NCBI GenBank assembly: GCA_024278985.1
Contig: JAJRSC010000011.1
Coordinates: forward strand, 1 to 56,920
Source of the DNA: an archaeon
Lineage (GTDB): Archaea > AGJL01 > Methanococci > Methanococcales > Methanocaldococcaceae
Reading direction: 5' to 3'
DNA: 56,920 nucleotides
Shown: positions 9,873-21,434 of the stretch, piece after piece
Layout: each line of letters begins with the position of its first letter
Position numbering within the stretch: the stretch's first letter is position 1
Made by a program: the position numbers and the translations under genes
The notes under the pieces: generated by a model
Database searches by the model: none
The model's input: only the letters and a program-made list of their open reading frames with translations
Told to the model about the DNA's origin: nothing

Positions 9873-10661
9873 TTAGAACACCTTAATATTTGATGTTAAG
9901 ATACTAATTATTAATATAAATATTTCAAAAATTATAATTCCTATAACATATATCAATTTTGGATTTTCAATTTCTTTTAAAACCTTAATCTCTCCATCAT
10001 ATCCTCTTGAGCTCATAGTAATAAATAACTTTTCACCTTTTTCCCAAGTTCTTATAAAAAGATTGGCCATTAATAATCCTAATGATTTATAACTTGTTTT
10101 AATATCTTTATGTCCTAACCTTGTCTCTTGGGCATTTTTCATTGTAATAAATTCATCCAACAATACAAATATATATCTATACATCATCATAGCAATATCT
10201 ACAAATTCCTTGGGTAATTTTAACCATCTCAACACATAAAAAAGTTGTGTCATTGGAGTGGTTAATGCTAAAAATAACATTGTTGAAACTCCTCCTAACA
10301 TTCTTGAAAATACTAATATACCCTGATTAAGTCCTTCCTTAGTAAAACCTATTTCAATAAATCCTAAGTTGATACTAAATATTTTTTCACTACCATACCA
10401 AAATCCCATAAAAACAACAGTAAATAACCCAAAACCAATAGCTGGGAGTAAAAGATAAAAATAAACCTTGGCAGGAACTTTTGCTTTAAAAATAATTAAA
10501 TAGGAAGATATTAAAAACACTAATAAAGGAGCAATAAATGACTTTGAAAAAACAATAACTAAAAGTGTTAATAAAGAAAATAAAACTTTTAACTTTGGAT
10601 TAACATCTTTTAAATTGTTTGTAAAAGCTATTGAATCAATAGAATATTTCATATTTTTCAC
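9873..10661 (-). CDS. cbiQ: Cobalt ECF transporter T component
   Basis: LALTTP, MMYRYIFVL, AQETRLG, MSSRGY motifs. Confidence 0.93.
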   Translation of the reverse strand: MKNMKYSIDSIAFTNNLKDVNPKLKVLFSLLTLLVIVFSKSFIAPLLVFLISSYLIIFKAKVPAKVYFYLLLPAIGFGLFTVVFMGFWYGSEKIFSINLGFIEIGFTKEGLNQGILVFSRMLGGVSTMLFLALTTPMTQLFYVLRWLKLPKEFVDIAMMMYRYIFVLLDEFITMKNAQETRLGHKDIKTSYKSLGLLMANLFIRTWEKGEKLFITMSSRGYDGEIKVLKEIENPKLIYVIGIIIFEIFILIISILTSNIKVF

Positions 10662-10688
10662 CTTAAAAAATAATAAAAAAGAAAAATT

Positions 10689-10958
10689 TTATTGTGAAGC
10701 TTTTGCTCTAAAATAACCTATATAATATCCTATTATTATAGCTCCGATTGCTGCCTGTAAGGCAAATAATAAACTTTCAATTTCTCCACTTGGAGGTTCC
10801 CAGATTGGATGGAACCATGGATGATATTGTGGGTCTATTTCTTTAATAACTTCCTCTGCTTGGTCATCTGCTCCTCCATATTCCCCTTTAACAAAAAGCA
10901 AAGGAAAAACCATTAATGCAGCTACTATAAGAAGAATAACAATATGTTTTGTATTCAT
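10689..10958 (-). CDS. cbiN: Cobalt transport protein CbiN
   Basis: GGADD..., WFHPIWEPPSGEIESLLFALQAAIG. Confidence 0.96.
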   Translation of the reverse strand: MNTKHIVILLIVAALMVFPLLFVKGEYGGADDQAEEVIKEIDPQYHPWFHPIWEPPSGEIESLLFALQAAIGAIIIGYYIGYFRAKASQ

Positions 10959-11654
10959 TTATTCACCTCCTTCAGTTACAACAGATACGTTAGGAACTTC
11001 ACTTTCATCAATAACTCCAAGTTTTAATAATAAATCTGGTCTTAATTCTTTTAATTTGTCCCAGATGACCATAGTTAATAAACCTTCTGCTATTGCTAAT
11101 GGAACTTGAGTAACTGCGAATACTGTTGCAAATGCTAAAAATGTATGTAATGGATTATCTCCTGGGAATGCTAAAGTTAATTGTATTGATGTTGTTACAT
11201 AAGTCATCCAATCTGATATAACTGCTGCTAAACCTACTGCATAAGTTGAGTTTATTTTTCCTTTTAATGCTTTATAAGTTAAGTATCCAAAGAATGGTCC
11301 AACTACCCCCATAGAGAAAGTATTTGCTCCAAGAGTAGTTATTCCTCCATGAGCTAATAACAATGCTTGAAAGAGAAGAACAATAGAAGCTAAAACTGCA
11401 GTAACAGCAGGACCAAATAATACAGCACCTAAACCATTACCACATGGGTGAGAACAACTTCCAGTAACAGATGGCATTTTTAAAGAACTTAATATAAACA
11501 TATATGCCCCAGAAATTGCTAACAATGGTTTAACTTCTGGTTTTTCAGAAAGTATTTTCTTTAACTGTATAATCGCATAAACCCAAACTATCCCTGAAAG
11601 AACATACCAAAAAATACACCATTGTATTGGAAGATATCCTTCCATTATGTGCAT
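10959..11654 (-). CDS. cbiM: Cobalt ECF transporter S component
   Basis: MHIMEG N-terminus, [19 protein letters not shown]. Confidence 0.97.
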   Translation of the reverse strand: MHIMEGYLPIQWCIFWYVLSGIVWVYAIIQLKKILSEKPEVKPLLAISGAYMFILSSLKMPSVTGSCSHPCGNGLGAVLFGPAVTAVLASIVLLFQALLLAHGGITTLGANTFSMGVVGPFFGYLTYKALKGKINSTYAVGLAAVISDWMTYVTTSIQLTLAFPGDNPLHTFLAFATVFAVTQVPLAIAEGLLTMVIWDKLKELRPDLLLKLGVIDESEVPNVSVVTEGGE

Positions 11655-11774
11655 GGTTTCACCTCACAATATTAATTAAAAATAAATTAACAATATTAAA
11701 GTATCATTTAATAATATATAAACTTTATTTTTTTATAGATTTGATTATATATTTATTTTTATGGGGTGATATAA

Positions 11775-12602
11775 ATGTTATATATAACTCCTGAGATAGC
11801 AAAAAAAATATTAAATGCAGATAGTAAGAAAATTTACTTAAATTTATATTTAAATAAGATAGACAAAAAAGAAAAAATCATTATTGAAAATGATAAGGCA
11901 ATATTTCCAGAGGGAGAGATTGATTTTAAAACTTTAAAAAAGATATCTAAAGATAACACACTTTATTTTTTAAAGGAAAATAAATTATATAAAGCAGCTA
12001 TCTCAACACCAGAAGGTTATTTTAAGTTAGTACCAACAATTCCTCCAACTATTGAGATTAATGGAATAAGGATGCATAGAACTAAAGAAGTTAATCCTTA
12101 TGAAGATACTCTAAATAAAATAAATTCCATCAATGTTAAAAATGGGGATTTTGTTCTTGATACTTGTATGGGATTAGGATATACTGCTATAGAGTCATAC
12201 AAAAGAGGAGCCAAAGTTATAACTATTGAAAAAAATCCATATGTTTTGGAGCTTGCTAAAATAAATCCTTATAGTGAAGAATTATTTATTGGAGATATAG
12301 AGATTTTATTGGGAGATGCTTTTGAAAAAGTTAAAGAGTTTGACAATGAAAAATTTGATAAAATAATCCATGACCCACCAAGATTTAGCTTAGCAGGACA
12401 TTTATATAGTGAAGAATTTTATAAAGAACTATATAGAATCCTTAAACCAGGAGGAAAACTATTTCATTATGTTGGAAATCCTGGAAAAAAGTATAGAGGT
12501 AAAGATTTACAAAAGGGTGTAATGGAAAGATTGAGAAGGGTTGGATTTAAAAATGTAAAAAGAGTAGAAAAAGCTTTAGGAGATATTGCTGAAAAAATTT
12601 AG
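11775..12602 (+). CDS. Class I SAM-dependent methyltransferase (COG2521, MJ1233-like)
   Basis: PTIEINGIRMH, VLDTCMGLGYTA, IIHDPPRFSLAG. Confidence 0.85.
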   Translation: MLYITPEIAKKILNADSKKIYLNLYLNKIDKKEKIIIENDKAIFPEGEIDFKTLKKISKDNTLYFLKENKLYKAAISTPEGYFKLVPTIPPTIEINGIRMHRTKEVNPYEDTLNKINSINVKNGDFVLDTCMGLGYTAIESYKRGAKVITIEKNPYVLELAKINPYSEELFIGDIEILLGDAFEKVKEFDNEKFDKIIHDPPRFSLAGHLYSEEFYKELYRILKPGGKLFHYVGNPGKKYRGKDLQKGVMERLRRVGFKNVKRVEKALGDIAEKI

Positions 12603-12773
12603 TTTTATTTTTTACTGTATGAACTAATTAATTATAATATTATTAACATTCTTGATTAATTTTTCTTGCTTTTATTATGAAACTTAAAACAAAGTTGGAA
12701 AAATAGAAAATATTTAAATAAACCTAAAAATAACAAGTAAAATAAAAATAATTAAAAAAACTTTTAAAACTAC

Positions 12774-13769
12774 TTAATCACCTCTATATTGTAATTTTTC
12801 ATCTTCATTTAACATATTAATATCAATTCCTGGCATAGCCTCTCCTAAGTTTTTACTAACTTCTGCTACAATATCCGGTTTATCATAATTGTATGTTGCT
12901 TCAACTATTGCCTTAGCTCTTTCCAATGGATTTTCAGATTTAAATATTCCTGAACCTACAAATATTCCATCACAGCCCAACTGCATCATTAATGCAGCAT
13001 CTGCAGGAGTTGCAATACCTCCAGCAGCAAAATTAACAACTGGTAATCTACCAATTTTTTTAATTTCTAATAGAAGATTATAAATTCCTTCAATTATATC
13101 ATTTAATGTAAAATTGTAGTATATTGGCTCACAATCTAATATTTCTCCCTCAAAACCAAAACTTTCTCTTACCTCTTTAGCAAGTTGGGCATATCTATAT
13201 GCAAAGTTTTTAGCAACTTCATGAATCATCTCATCATCGTCCATTCTTTGAAGTTGAGATATTGCTTCATTCATTAATCTCATATGTCTAACAGCTTCAA
13301 CAACATTTCCAGTTCCTGCCTCTCCTTTAGTTCTTATCATTGCTGCTCCTTCCCAGATTCTTCTAACAGCTTCTCCTAAATTTCTTGCACCACATACAAA
13401 AGGAACAGTAAAATCTTTTTTGTATATATGGAAATATGGGTCTGCTTGAGTTAGGACTTCACTTTCATCTATCATATCCACTCCTATAGCCTCTAAAACT
13501 CTTGCCTCAGATATATGTCCAATTCTACATTTAGCCATAACAGGAATTGATACAGCATCCATTATTTCCTCAATTAAAGCAGGGTCGGACATTCTTGCAA
13601 CTCCACCTTTAGCCCTAATATCTGCTGGGACTCTTTCTAAAGCCATAACTGCAACTGCTCCAGCTTCTTCAGCAATTTGTGCCTGCTCTACATTAGTAAC
13701 ATCCATTACTACTCCATGCTTAACCATTTTAGCAAATCCTTTTTTTAATAAATCTGTTCCCTTTTTCAT
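12774..13769 (-). CDS. pdxS: Pyridoxal 5'-phosphate synthase lyase subunit
   Basis: [44 protein letters not shown]; ATG 13769 follows a GGTGA RBS. Confidence 0.97.
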   Translation of the reverse strand: MKKGTDLLKKGFAKMVKHGVVMDVTNVEQAQIAEEAGAVAVMALERVPADIRAKGGVARMSDPALIEEIMDAVSIPVMAKCRIGHISEARVLEAIGVDMIDESEVLTQADPYFHIYKKDFTVPFVCGARNLGEAVRRIWEGAAMIRTKGEAGTGNVVEAVRHMRLMNEAISQLQRMDDDEMIHEVAKNFAYRYAQLAKEVRESFGFEGEILDCEPIYYNFTLNDIIEGIYNLLLEIKKIGRLPVVNFAAGGIATPADAALMMQLGCDGIFVGSGIFKSENPLERAKAIVEATYNYDKPDIVAEVSKNLGEAMPGIDINMLNEDEKLQYRGD

Positions 13770-13918
13770 TTTATCACCAAGATTATAAAGATTATAGCAC
13801 CTATAAAAATAGCTAACCATACCCAGATATTAATTATAAATAAAATTTTAAATAATTTTTCTCTTTTCTCTTTATTTTTTAATATTTTTTTTATTGGGTC
13901 CCTACCATAATATTTCAT
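13766..13918 (-). CDS. Small single-TM hypothetical protein (50 aa), not in the ORF track
   Basis: [50 protein letters not shown]; fills the gap exactly and has an ATGA overlap with pdxS. Confidence 0.7.
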   Translation of the reverse strand: MKYYGRDPIKKILKNKEKREKLFKILFIINIWVWLAIFIGAIIFIILVIK

Positions 13919-13923
13919 AAAAA

Positions 13924-14304
13924 TTACCATTTAAAAATTAATTGAGTTGCTGTTGGAAGTTCTCTTCTAATTATCTTTAGTTCTGGCTTATAGATATAGA
14001 GCTTATCATCATCATTAAAAATATCTATCTCCTTATCTAAAATTTTAGAGATTATTTTTACTTCCTCTTTTCCTTTAACTAATATAAAATCTTCATAAAC
14101 CTCTAAAATAATTGGAAGTTTTATATTTTTATTTGATGTTAAAGAATCTATAAGTTCCAACTCTCTCCTTTTTATTCTATGTCTCTTACCATTTATAATA
14201 ACATGAGGTTTTTCTTCATTTAAAAGTTCTTTTAATGTCTTTCTTTTAACATTAACATTAAATTCTTTCATTATTCCTTTAATTATTTTCTCCAACATAG
14301 TCAT
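13924..14304 (-). CDS. DUF61/UPF0216 family protein
   Basis: RKTLKELLNEEKPHV..NGKRH..RRELE, IRRELPTATQLIF. Confidence 0.8.
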   Translation of the reverse strand: MTMLEKIIKGIMKEFNVNVKRKTLKELLNEEKPHVIINGKRHRIKRRELELIDSLTSNKNIKLPIILEVYEDFILVKGKEEVKIISKILDKEIDIFNDDDKLYIYKPELKIIRRELPTATQLIFKW

Positions 14305-14315
14305 CAGAAAATATT

Positions 14316-14984
<669 letters not shown>

Positions 14985-15060
14985 TTAGAATAATATTTTT
15001 ATATATTCTTCTAAGTAATATCCAATTTAATTTTATTATATATAAGTATGGTGTTTAAAT

Positions 15061-16191
15061 ATGGCTTATACTTATCCATTGGCAAAAATAGGAATTATTG
15101 GAGGAGGACAATTAGCCAGAATGATGACCTTTGAAGCTAAGAGAATGGGGTTCTATGTTACTGTGTTAGACCCTACTCCAAACTCTCCTGCTGCACAAGT
15201 AGCAGATAAACAAATTATTGGAGACTTTTATGATGAATCTAAACTTAGAGAACTTGTAGAAAGTAGTGACATTACAACCTATGATATAGAGCATATAAAT
15301 ACTAAAGTTTTAAAAGAATTGGAAAAAGAAGGTTATAAGATATATCCCTCCCCTCATATATTGGAAATTATTCAGGACAAATTAAAACAGAAAGAAGTAT
15401 TATATAAAAATGGAATTCCAGTTCCAAAATTCCACAAAGTAGAAACTCCTGAATGTCTTGAAAAATTTGGGTTTCCAGTAGTTCAAAAGGCAAGAAAGGG
15501 AGGATATGATGGAAGAGGAGTTGTTATACTTAAAGATAAGAAAGATTTAGATAGGGCTATTAAATCTGAGTCATATATTGAGGAGTTTGTAGATATTGAA
15601 AAAGAGTTAGCTGTTATGGTAGCCAGAAATGTTAATGGGGAAATTAAGTGTTATCCAGTTGTTGAGATGATATTTAATGAAGAGGCAAATATTTGTGATA
15701 TGGTTATTGCTCCTGCAAGAATTGAGGAAGAAATAGAGAAAAAAGCAAAAGAGATTGCAATAAAATGTGTTAAAGTTTTAGATGGTGTTGGTATTTTTGG
15801 AATAGAAATGTTTTTAACTAATGATGAAAAAATTTTAGTTAATGAAATTGCTCCAAGACCTCACAATTCAGGACATTATACTATAGAAGCATGTGAGACA
15901 AGTCAATTTGAGCAACATATTAGAGCAATAAATAACCTACCATTAGGTTCAACAAGATTATTATCTCCAGCAGTAATGGTAAATCTTTTAGGACAGGGAA
16001 GAGGAAAGCCAATAATTGAAGGGTTAAAGGAAGCTTTATCAATTCCTGGCTTATCATTTCATTTTTATGGTAAAAAAGAGACAAGACCTTACAGAAAAAT
16101 GGGACATGTTACTATCTTAGATGAAAATATTAATAATGCTATTGAAAAAGCAAAGAAAGTTAAAGGAATTTTAAATATAGGGGGTGAGTAA
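15061..16191 (+). CDS. purK: N5-carboxyaminoimidazole ribonucleotide synthase
   Basis: [52 protein letters not shown]. Confidence 0.95.
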   Translation: MAYTYPLAKIGIIGGGQLARMMTFEAKRMGFYVTVLDPTPNSPAAQVADKQIIGDFYDESKLRELVESSDITTYDIEHINTKVLKELEKEGYKIYPSPHILEIIQDKLKQKEVLYKNGIPVPKFHKVETPECLEKFGFPVVQKARKGGYDGRGVVILKDKKDLDRAIKSESYIEEFVDIEKELAVMVARNVNGEIKCYPVVEMIFNEEANICDMVIAPARIEEEIEKKAKEIAIKCVKVLDGVGIFGIEMFLTNDEKILVNEIAPRPHNSGHYTIEACETSQFEQHIRAINNLPLGSTRLLSPAVMVNLLGQGRGKPIIEGLKEALSIPGLSFHFYGKKETRPYRKMGHVTILDENINNAIEKAKKVKGILNIGGE

Positions 16192-16196
16192 GTTCT

Positions 16197-16724
16197 ATGA
16201 AAAAACCATTAGTTGGCATTATTATGGGTAGTGATTCAGATTTACCTATAATGAAAGAAGCGGCTAAAGTCCTTGAAGATTTTAATATAGAGTATGAAAT
16301 AACTATTGTCTCAGCCCATAGAACACCTGAAAGAATGTTTAAATATGCAAAAGAATGTGAAGAGAGAGGAATAGAGGTTATAATTGCTGGGGCAGGAGGG
16401 GCTGCTCATCTACCAGGAATGGTAGCATCAATAACACCTCTACCAGTAATAGGCGTTCCAATAAAAACATCTGCTTTAAATGGTTTAGATTCTTTATTAT
16501 CAATAGTCCAAATGCCTGCAGGAGTTCCAGTTGCTACAGTAGCTATAAACAATGCTAAAAATGCAGGAATATTGGCAGCTGAAATATTGGGAATAAAGTA
16601 TCCAGAAATTAGAGAAAAAGTTAAAGCATATAAAGAAGAACTTAAAAATATGGTTGAAGAAAAAGCTAAGAAATTGGAAGAGTTAGGATATAAAGAATAT
16701 TTAAACAACTATCTAAACAAATAA
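16197..16724 (+). CDS. purE: N5-CAIR mutase (class I PurE)
   Basis: [43 protein letters not shown]. Confidence 0.96.
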   Translation: MKKPLVGIIMGSDSDLPIMKEAAKVLEDFNIEYEITIVSAHRTPERMFKYAKECEERGIEVIIAGAGGAAHLPGMVASITPLPVIGVPIKTSALNGLDSLLSIVQMPAGVPVATVAINNAKNAGILAAEILGIKYPEIREKVKAYKEELKNMVEEKAKKLEELGYKEYLNNYLNK

Positions 16725-16745
16725 CTTTATTTATTATGTGAAAAT

Positions 16746-17156
16746 ATGTTTAAGTATTTTGAAACTACTGCAGATATGGGTGTTATAGCCAAGGGGAAAA
16801 CATTAGAAGAGGCATTTAAAGAGGCTGCTAAGGGTTTGTATAATATTATGGTAGATATTGATAAAATTGATAAAAAGGAAGTTGTTGAAATAGAGGTTGA
16901 AGGAGAAGATTTAGAGGAGTTATTGTATAATTTTTTAAATGAACTACTCTTTTATACAGATGTATATAATTTAGTTTTTAGTGATTTTGATATTACTATA
17001 GAGGATAAATATAAATTAAAATGTAAAGCATATGGAGAAAAAATAAATAAAGAGAAACATGAGATAAAGGAAGAAGTTAAAGCAGTTACTTATCATATGA
17101 TGGAAATTAAAAAAGATAATGATGAATATATTATAAAATATGTAGTTGACCTCTAA
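16746..17156 (+). CDS. Archease
   Basis: [23 protein letters not shown]-terminal VVDL. Confidence 0.92.
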   Translation: MFKYFETTADMGVIAKGKTLEEAFKEAAKGLYNIMVDIDKIDKKEVVEIEVEGEDLEELLYNFLNELLFYTDVYNLVFSDFDITIEDKYKLKCKAYGEKINKEKHEIKEEVKAVTYHMMEIKKDNDEYIIKYVVDL

Positions 17157-17347
17157 CCTAATATTTCAAGAATTTTAGCAGTTATTTTTCCCTTTCCTCC
17201 TCTTGGTTCAGCTAAAACTTTACCACAGACTATACATTTAACTACTGTTACTGGGTTACTAAATATTATTTGTTAATTTCCACACTCAGGACATTCAACT
17301 TTTAAAAATTTTGTTCTTGGTTGAGGTATTATTTTAGTTATGTCCAT
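17153..17347 (-). CDS. rps27e: 30S ribosomal protein S27e, interrupted as sequenced by in-frame TAA at codon 25 (17273-17275)
   Basis: Manual translation [63 protein letters not shown]; two CxxC motifs; GGAGG RBS; follows rpl44e. Confidence 0.93.
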
Positions 17348-17366
17348 GTTTCTCCCTCCAAAAAAG

Positions 17367-17651
17367 TTATTTGTCTATAATTTCAAATCTTGCAGATCTA
17401 AAACATCCATTTGCCTTAGTGTGCATTTTTCCACACACAGTACATTTAAATCTTAAATCTATCTTCTTAACAGGTTTTGACCTATCTGGTTTAGGTCTTG
17501 GGAACCCTCCATATCCTGCTGTAACTCTTCTGAATTGTCTTTGACCCCAAGTTAATTCACTTGGCTTTCCTTTTTTTGCTTTTTCTACTATATGAATTGT
17601 GTGCTTCTTACAATAAGGACAGTATCTTTTAATTTTTTTAGGCATCTTCAT
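17367..17651 (-). CDS. rpl44e: 50S ribosomal protein L44e
   Basis: [39 protein letters not shown]. Confidence 0.97.
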   Translation of the reverse strand: MKMPKKIKRYCPYCKKHTIHIVEKAKKGKPSELTWGQRQFRRVTAGYGGFPRPKPDRSKPVKKIDLRFKCTVCGKMHTKANGCFRSARFEIIDK

Positions 17652-18151
17652 AAATTTCCCTCCTTTTTTATATTAAATCTCTTGACAATATTGTGTTTTT
17701 CTAAGATTTTTATAATCTTCTCATCCATTGAAAGGACATCCTCTTTTTTTAAGGAAATTATATTCTCCCCATCAATAGTAAAAGAAGGAAAGTTCTTTTC
17801 AACTTTTACAATTTCAATATTATTAATTGTATATATAGGTTTTGGTAGTTCAATTATCTCCTTATTCTGACTTATTTCATCCTCTATATTAATATCTTCC
17901 TTTATATTAGTAATTTTATCTACTAATTCCTTTTCTTCATCAGTTAATTTATCTATGTTATTATCAAATAAGAAGAATTTATATAGTCTTAATTTTCTTA
18001 ATTCTCCATAGAAATATAAAATTCTCTCTTTTTCTATACCCTCAGTATTTTTAAAATATTCTCTTACTTTACAATAAAAATCATTCTCTAACTTTGTTAA
18101 TGTGTCAGTTTTAAGTTCATTATAAAAAATATTTTTTAACTTATCAAGCAT
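17648..18151 (-). CDS. GINS subunit (Gins15/Gins51-like)
   Basis: LTKLENDFY..., LRLYK, KLTDEEK A-domain; C-terminal B-domain ([20 protein letters not shown]); immediately upstream of L44e-S27e as in the conserved cluster. Confidence 0.78.
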   Translation of the reverse strand: MLDKLKNIFYNELKTDTLTKLENDFYCKVREYFKNTEGIEKERILYFYGELRKLRLYKFFLFDNNIDKLTDEEKELVDKITNIKEDINIEDEISQNKEIIELPKPIYTINNIEIVKVEKNFPSFTIDGENIISLKKEDVLSMDEKIIKILEKHNIVKRFNIKKEGNL

Positions 18152-18175
18152 AATATACCCTAAATATTCCTAAAT

Positions 18176-18382
18176 TTAAATCTTCTTTTCTAAAACTAAC
18201 TTAGCAAAAGTTTCAAAACTTCTATCATATGTTTTTTCTACATCCTTAGGAAAGAAACATGCAGGGAGTTGTCTTAATTTAAGATGATAATGTAGGCATT
18301 CGCAGCATAAACCTTTTTTATCACATCCTGGATAAGAACAGTTACATCTTTCTAAGTTTTTCTCTTTATTTGGGCAGTTCAT
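18176..18382 (-). CDS. Small Cys-rich protein (DUF6485-like)
   Basis: CNCSYPGCDKKGLCCECLHYH...LPACFF...TYDRS. Confidence 0.75.
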   Translation of the reverse strand: MNCPNKEKNLERCNCSYPGCDKKGLCCECLHYHLKLRQLPACFFPKDVEKTYDRSFETFAKLVLEKKI

Positions 18383-20775
18383 TATCTCCCCTCAACTAAT
18401 ATTTTTTTCCTTATGTTTTCAACATTTTTTAAATATTTCTTATTAAAGATTTTTGCAATTCTTTCAATAGCATCAAGTAAATTTAAAAGTTGTTCTAAGT
18501 AAATGTATAGGTCTCCACTATATATAGATATTTTATATGTTTCATATAAAGCTTTAGATATCTGTCCAGGAGTTTTAGTTGTTGCTCTTAAATTTATAAT
18601 TAGTTGAAGGATTTTCTCATTTTCATCTACTTCTTCAAATTCCATTATTAACTCAGTAAGTTCATCTTTAAGTTTCTTCTCATTTATTTTTCCAAAGTTT
18701 TCTTTTATTATCTCCAAGGCATCAAAAAATTTTATTGGTATATTTATATCTAACAGATTTGAAAGTTTCTGCCTTAAACTGTTTGATATATAAACATTTT
18801 CAAAAGGCATTATTTCCACTATCAACTTTAAAATATCCTTATTTTTTATTACTCCTTCTTTAATTTTTTCTGCTATTTTTGGATATAAAAATGAAATTGC
18901 TACTGCTCTTCCATAGTTAGTTAATTCTCTACCTTTAACCATACCATATTTTTCTAAGTTACTTAAAATTTTGTTTGTTGAAAATGCCTTTCCAATATAT
19001 GGAACTTTATCTATCTCCCTAATCCCTGATGACAATGTGGCTAATGTTTGTTCTTCTTCCTCATCTTCAGTCCATTCTACTACTATATTCTCTGGCTTTG
19101 AAGTTAGTAATTTAAATGCTATTTCATCCTCACTTTCAACCATTTTAGCATGGTACTTCTTACCTACTTCAACCAAAACATAAACCTTTCCAATCTCATG
19201 CATTCCTTTTCTTCCAGCCCTTCCACACATCTGTTGGAATTCAGCAGGAGTTAGCCACTCCCCTCCCATTGCTAAACTTTCCAATATTACAGTTGAGGCT
19301 GGAAAATCAACACCTGCAGATAAGGCAGCAGTTGTTACAACACATTGTAATTTTTGATTAGCAAAATCTTCCTCTATTTTTCTTCTTTTAAAATAATCTA
19401 AACCTGCATGGTAATATTCTGCTTTAATTCCAAAAGATTTTAAAGCTCTTGCTACTTGTTCAGCTCTTCTCCTTGAATATGTAAAGATTAAACACTGTCC
19501 TCTATATCCAAATTTGGATATTGTTCTCCATTCTTTTTTAACAATATCTTTAATTATACTTATCTTATTTCTTTCATTTTTACAAAAAATTAAATGTCTT
19601 TCTAAGGGTACAGGCCTACCTTCATATAAAACCAAATTAGCCCCTAATTTTTTAGCCAAGTCTTTAGGGTTTCCTATTGTAGCTGAAAGATAAATTTTTT
19701 GACAGTTAAATAGATATCTTAATCTTCCAATTAATCCATCTAATCTGGCTCCTCTTTCTTCAAGATTTAAAGAATGAACTTCATCAATAACAACTGTTCC
19801 AACATCTTTTAATTTTTTAGTTCTTATTAAGTAATCTATCCCTTCATAAGTTCCAACTATGATATCAGAATTAATATCTGTATTTACATTAACCTTTTTG
19901 CCAATTCTACCCATTCCAACCCTTAAAGCTACTTTAAATCCTAATTTTTCATATCTTTCTTTAAATTCATTATATTTTTGATTTGCCAGTGCAACCAATG
20001 GAACCAAAAATAAAAACTTCCCTTTTCCTTCCATAAGATTTTTAATTCCTGCTAATTCTCCAATTAAAGTTTTACCAGATGATGTGGCAGAGACAATTAA
20101 TAAATCTTTTCCATCTAATAAACCAGCTTTAATAGCTAAACTCTGAACAGGAAGAAGTTCATTTATTCCTCTTTTTTTAATAAGTTTTTTAAATTCATTA
20201 GGAATATTAAGCTCATCAACTTTATAGGTTTCTATCTTTTTCTCATCTCCAATTAATATATCAAACTTGGTAAGTTCTGGATGATTAAGAGGATTCTTTA
20301 ATTTTAATAATGATATTACTTTATCAACATCTTTAAATTTTCTTAAAAATCTTTCTATTAATTCCTCATTAAGTTTTATCTCATTTTTTACTTCTTCTAT
20401 TGCACAACTTAAACATATCTCTCTCAATCCAAAACTACACTTTGTTTTATTTGATAATTTTTTATAAATTCCTTTTAATAAACAAAATGGACATAATTCA
20501 ATAAATTCATATTTTAATTCTAAACTTTTAATAACATCCTCTACATCTTTATTTGCCAAATAAACTTTTTTTTCTTTTTTTAATAATTCTAAGACCTTTG
20601 AAGGTTGGATAAGCTTATCTCCATATCTACACTTATATAATCTGTATCTATTCCCTACTTTTCTATAACATGCAAATATTTTATTTCTTTTATCTACCTT
20701 TTCTCCCTCTTCAATATTTTTAACATTAACAATCTCAATTTCATCCTTTTTTTTGTGTTTATTTATCAATATCAA
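18382..20775 (-). CDS. Archaea-specific Ski2-like SF2 helicase (ASH/COG1202)
   Basis: N-terminal CPFC...CLSC; ATSSGKT, DEVH, LSAT, QMCGRAGR helicase motifs. Confidence 0.88.
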   Translation of the reverse strand: MILINKHKKKDEIEIVNVKNIEEGEKVDKRNKIFACYRKVGNRYRLYKCRYGDKLIQPSKVLELLKKEKKVYLANKDVEDVIKSLELKYEFIELCPFCLLKGIYKKLSNKTKCSFGLREICLSCAIEEVKNEIKLNEELIERFLRKFKDVDKVISLLKLKNPLNHPELTKFDILIGDEKKIETYKVDELNIPNEFKKLIKKRGINELLPVQSLAIKAGLLDGKDLLIVSATSSGKTLIGELAGIKNLMEGKGKFLFLVPLVALANQKYNEFKERYEKLGFKVALRVGMGRIGKKVNVNTDINSDIIVGTYEGIDYLIRTKKLKDVGTVVIDEVHSLNLEERGARLDGLIGRLRYLFNCQKIYLSATIGNPKDLAKKLGANLVLYEGRPVPLERHLIFCKNERNKISIIKDIVKKEWRTISKFGYRGQCLIFTYSRRRAEQVARALKSFGIKAEYYHAGLDYFKRRKIEEDFANQKLQCVVTTAALSAGVDFPASTVILESLAMGGEWLTPAEFQQMCGRAGRKGMHEIGKVYVLVEVGKKYHAKMVESEDEIAFKLLTSKPENIVVEWTEDEEEEQTLATLSSGIREIDKVPYIGKAFSTNKILSNLEKYGMVKGRELTNYGRAVAISFLYPKIAEKIKEGVIKNKDILKLIVEIMPFENVYISNSLRQKLSNLLDINIPIKFFDALEIIKENFGKINEKKLKDELTELIMEFEEVDENEKILQLIINLRATTKTPGQISKALYETYKISIYSGDLYIYLEQLLNLLDAIERIAKIFNKKYLKNVENIRKKILVEGR

Positions 20776-20789
20776 AAATATCCCCTCTT

Positions 20790-21434
20790 TTAAATTAAAA
20801 TATAGATTCCCAAAAGAATTAAAATAAATCCTGAGATTTTGTTTATTATATTTGGATTAAATTTATAGATTATTTCTTTAATTTCAACCCCTAAAAGATT
20901 TATTAATATTATTGGCAAACCAAAACCTAAGGCATATAAAAATAATGCTATGAAACCAAAATATATATCCTGTTTTGTAGAGACATAGCTAAGAATAGTT
21001 ATTAATATAGGATCTGCACAAGTATTTGTAAGAACTCCATAAAAAAATCCAAAAATAAAAGAGCCAAGATATTTATACTCATTTCTTTTTAAAATATTAT
21101 AAATTTTATTCCATAATCTACTATTTCCTTTCTTTATTGAGATATTATAATTAAAAAATAATAAAACTCCAAAACATATAGCCAATATTCCTGCAAAATA
21201 TTTTATTTTATATAGACCAAATAAATTACCAAATAAAGCAAATACTACCCCTAAAATACTAAACATTGCTGCAAAACCTAAAACAAAAAATAAAGAAACA
21301 AAAAACCCATCTATTTTATTGTTAGATATTGAAAAGGTATATGCCAAAGAAATTGGAAGGATAGATAAAACACATGGACCAAGAGCTGTAAAAATTCCTG
21401 AAAAAAAGATTAATATCAAATCCATATAATTCAC
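20790..21434 (-). CDS. ccdA: CcdA/DsbD-beta family disulfide electron transporter
   Basis: 6-TM protein with GPCVLSILP and TCADP Cys motifs, YALGFGLP. Confidence 0.85.
   Translation of the reverse strand: MNYMDLILIFFSGIFTALGPCVLSILPISLAYTFSISNNKIDGFFVSLFFVLGFAAMFSILGVVFALFGNLFGLYKIKYFAGILAICFGVLLFFNYNISIKKGNSRLWNKIYNILKRNEYKYLGSFIFGFFYGVLTNTCADPILITILSYVSTKQDIYFGFIALFLYALGFGLPIILINLLGVEIKEIIYKFNPNIINKISGFILILLGIYILI

Noticed and set aside
12990-13260. Extra ~35-aa segment in PdxS as an intein or novelty
   Set aside because: No intein terminal motifs; the ~330-aa length matches methanococcal PdxS as I recall it.
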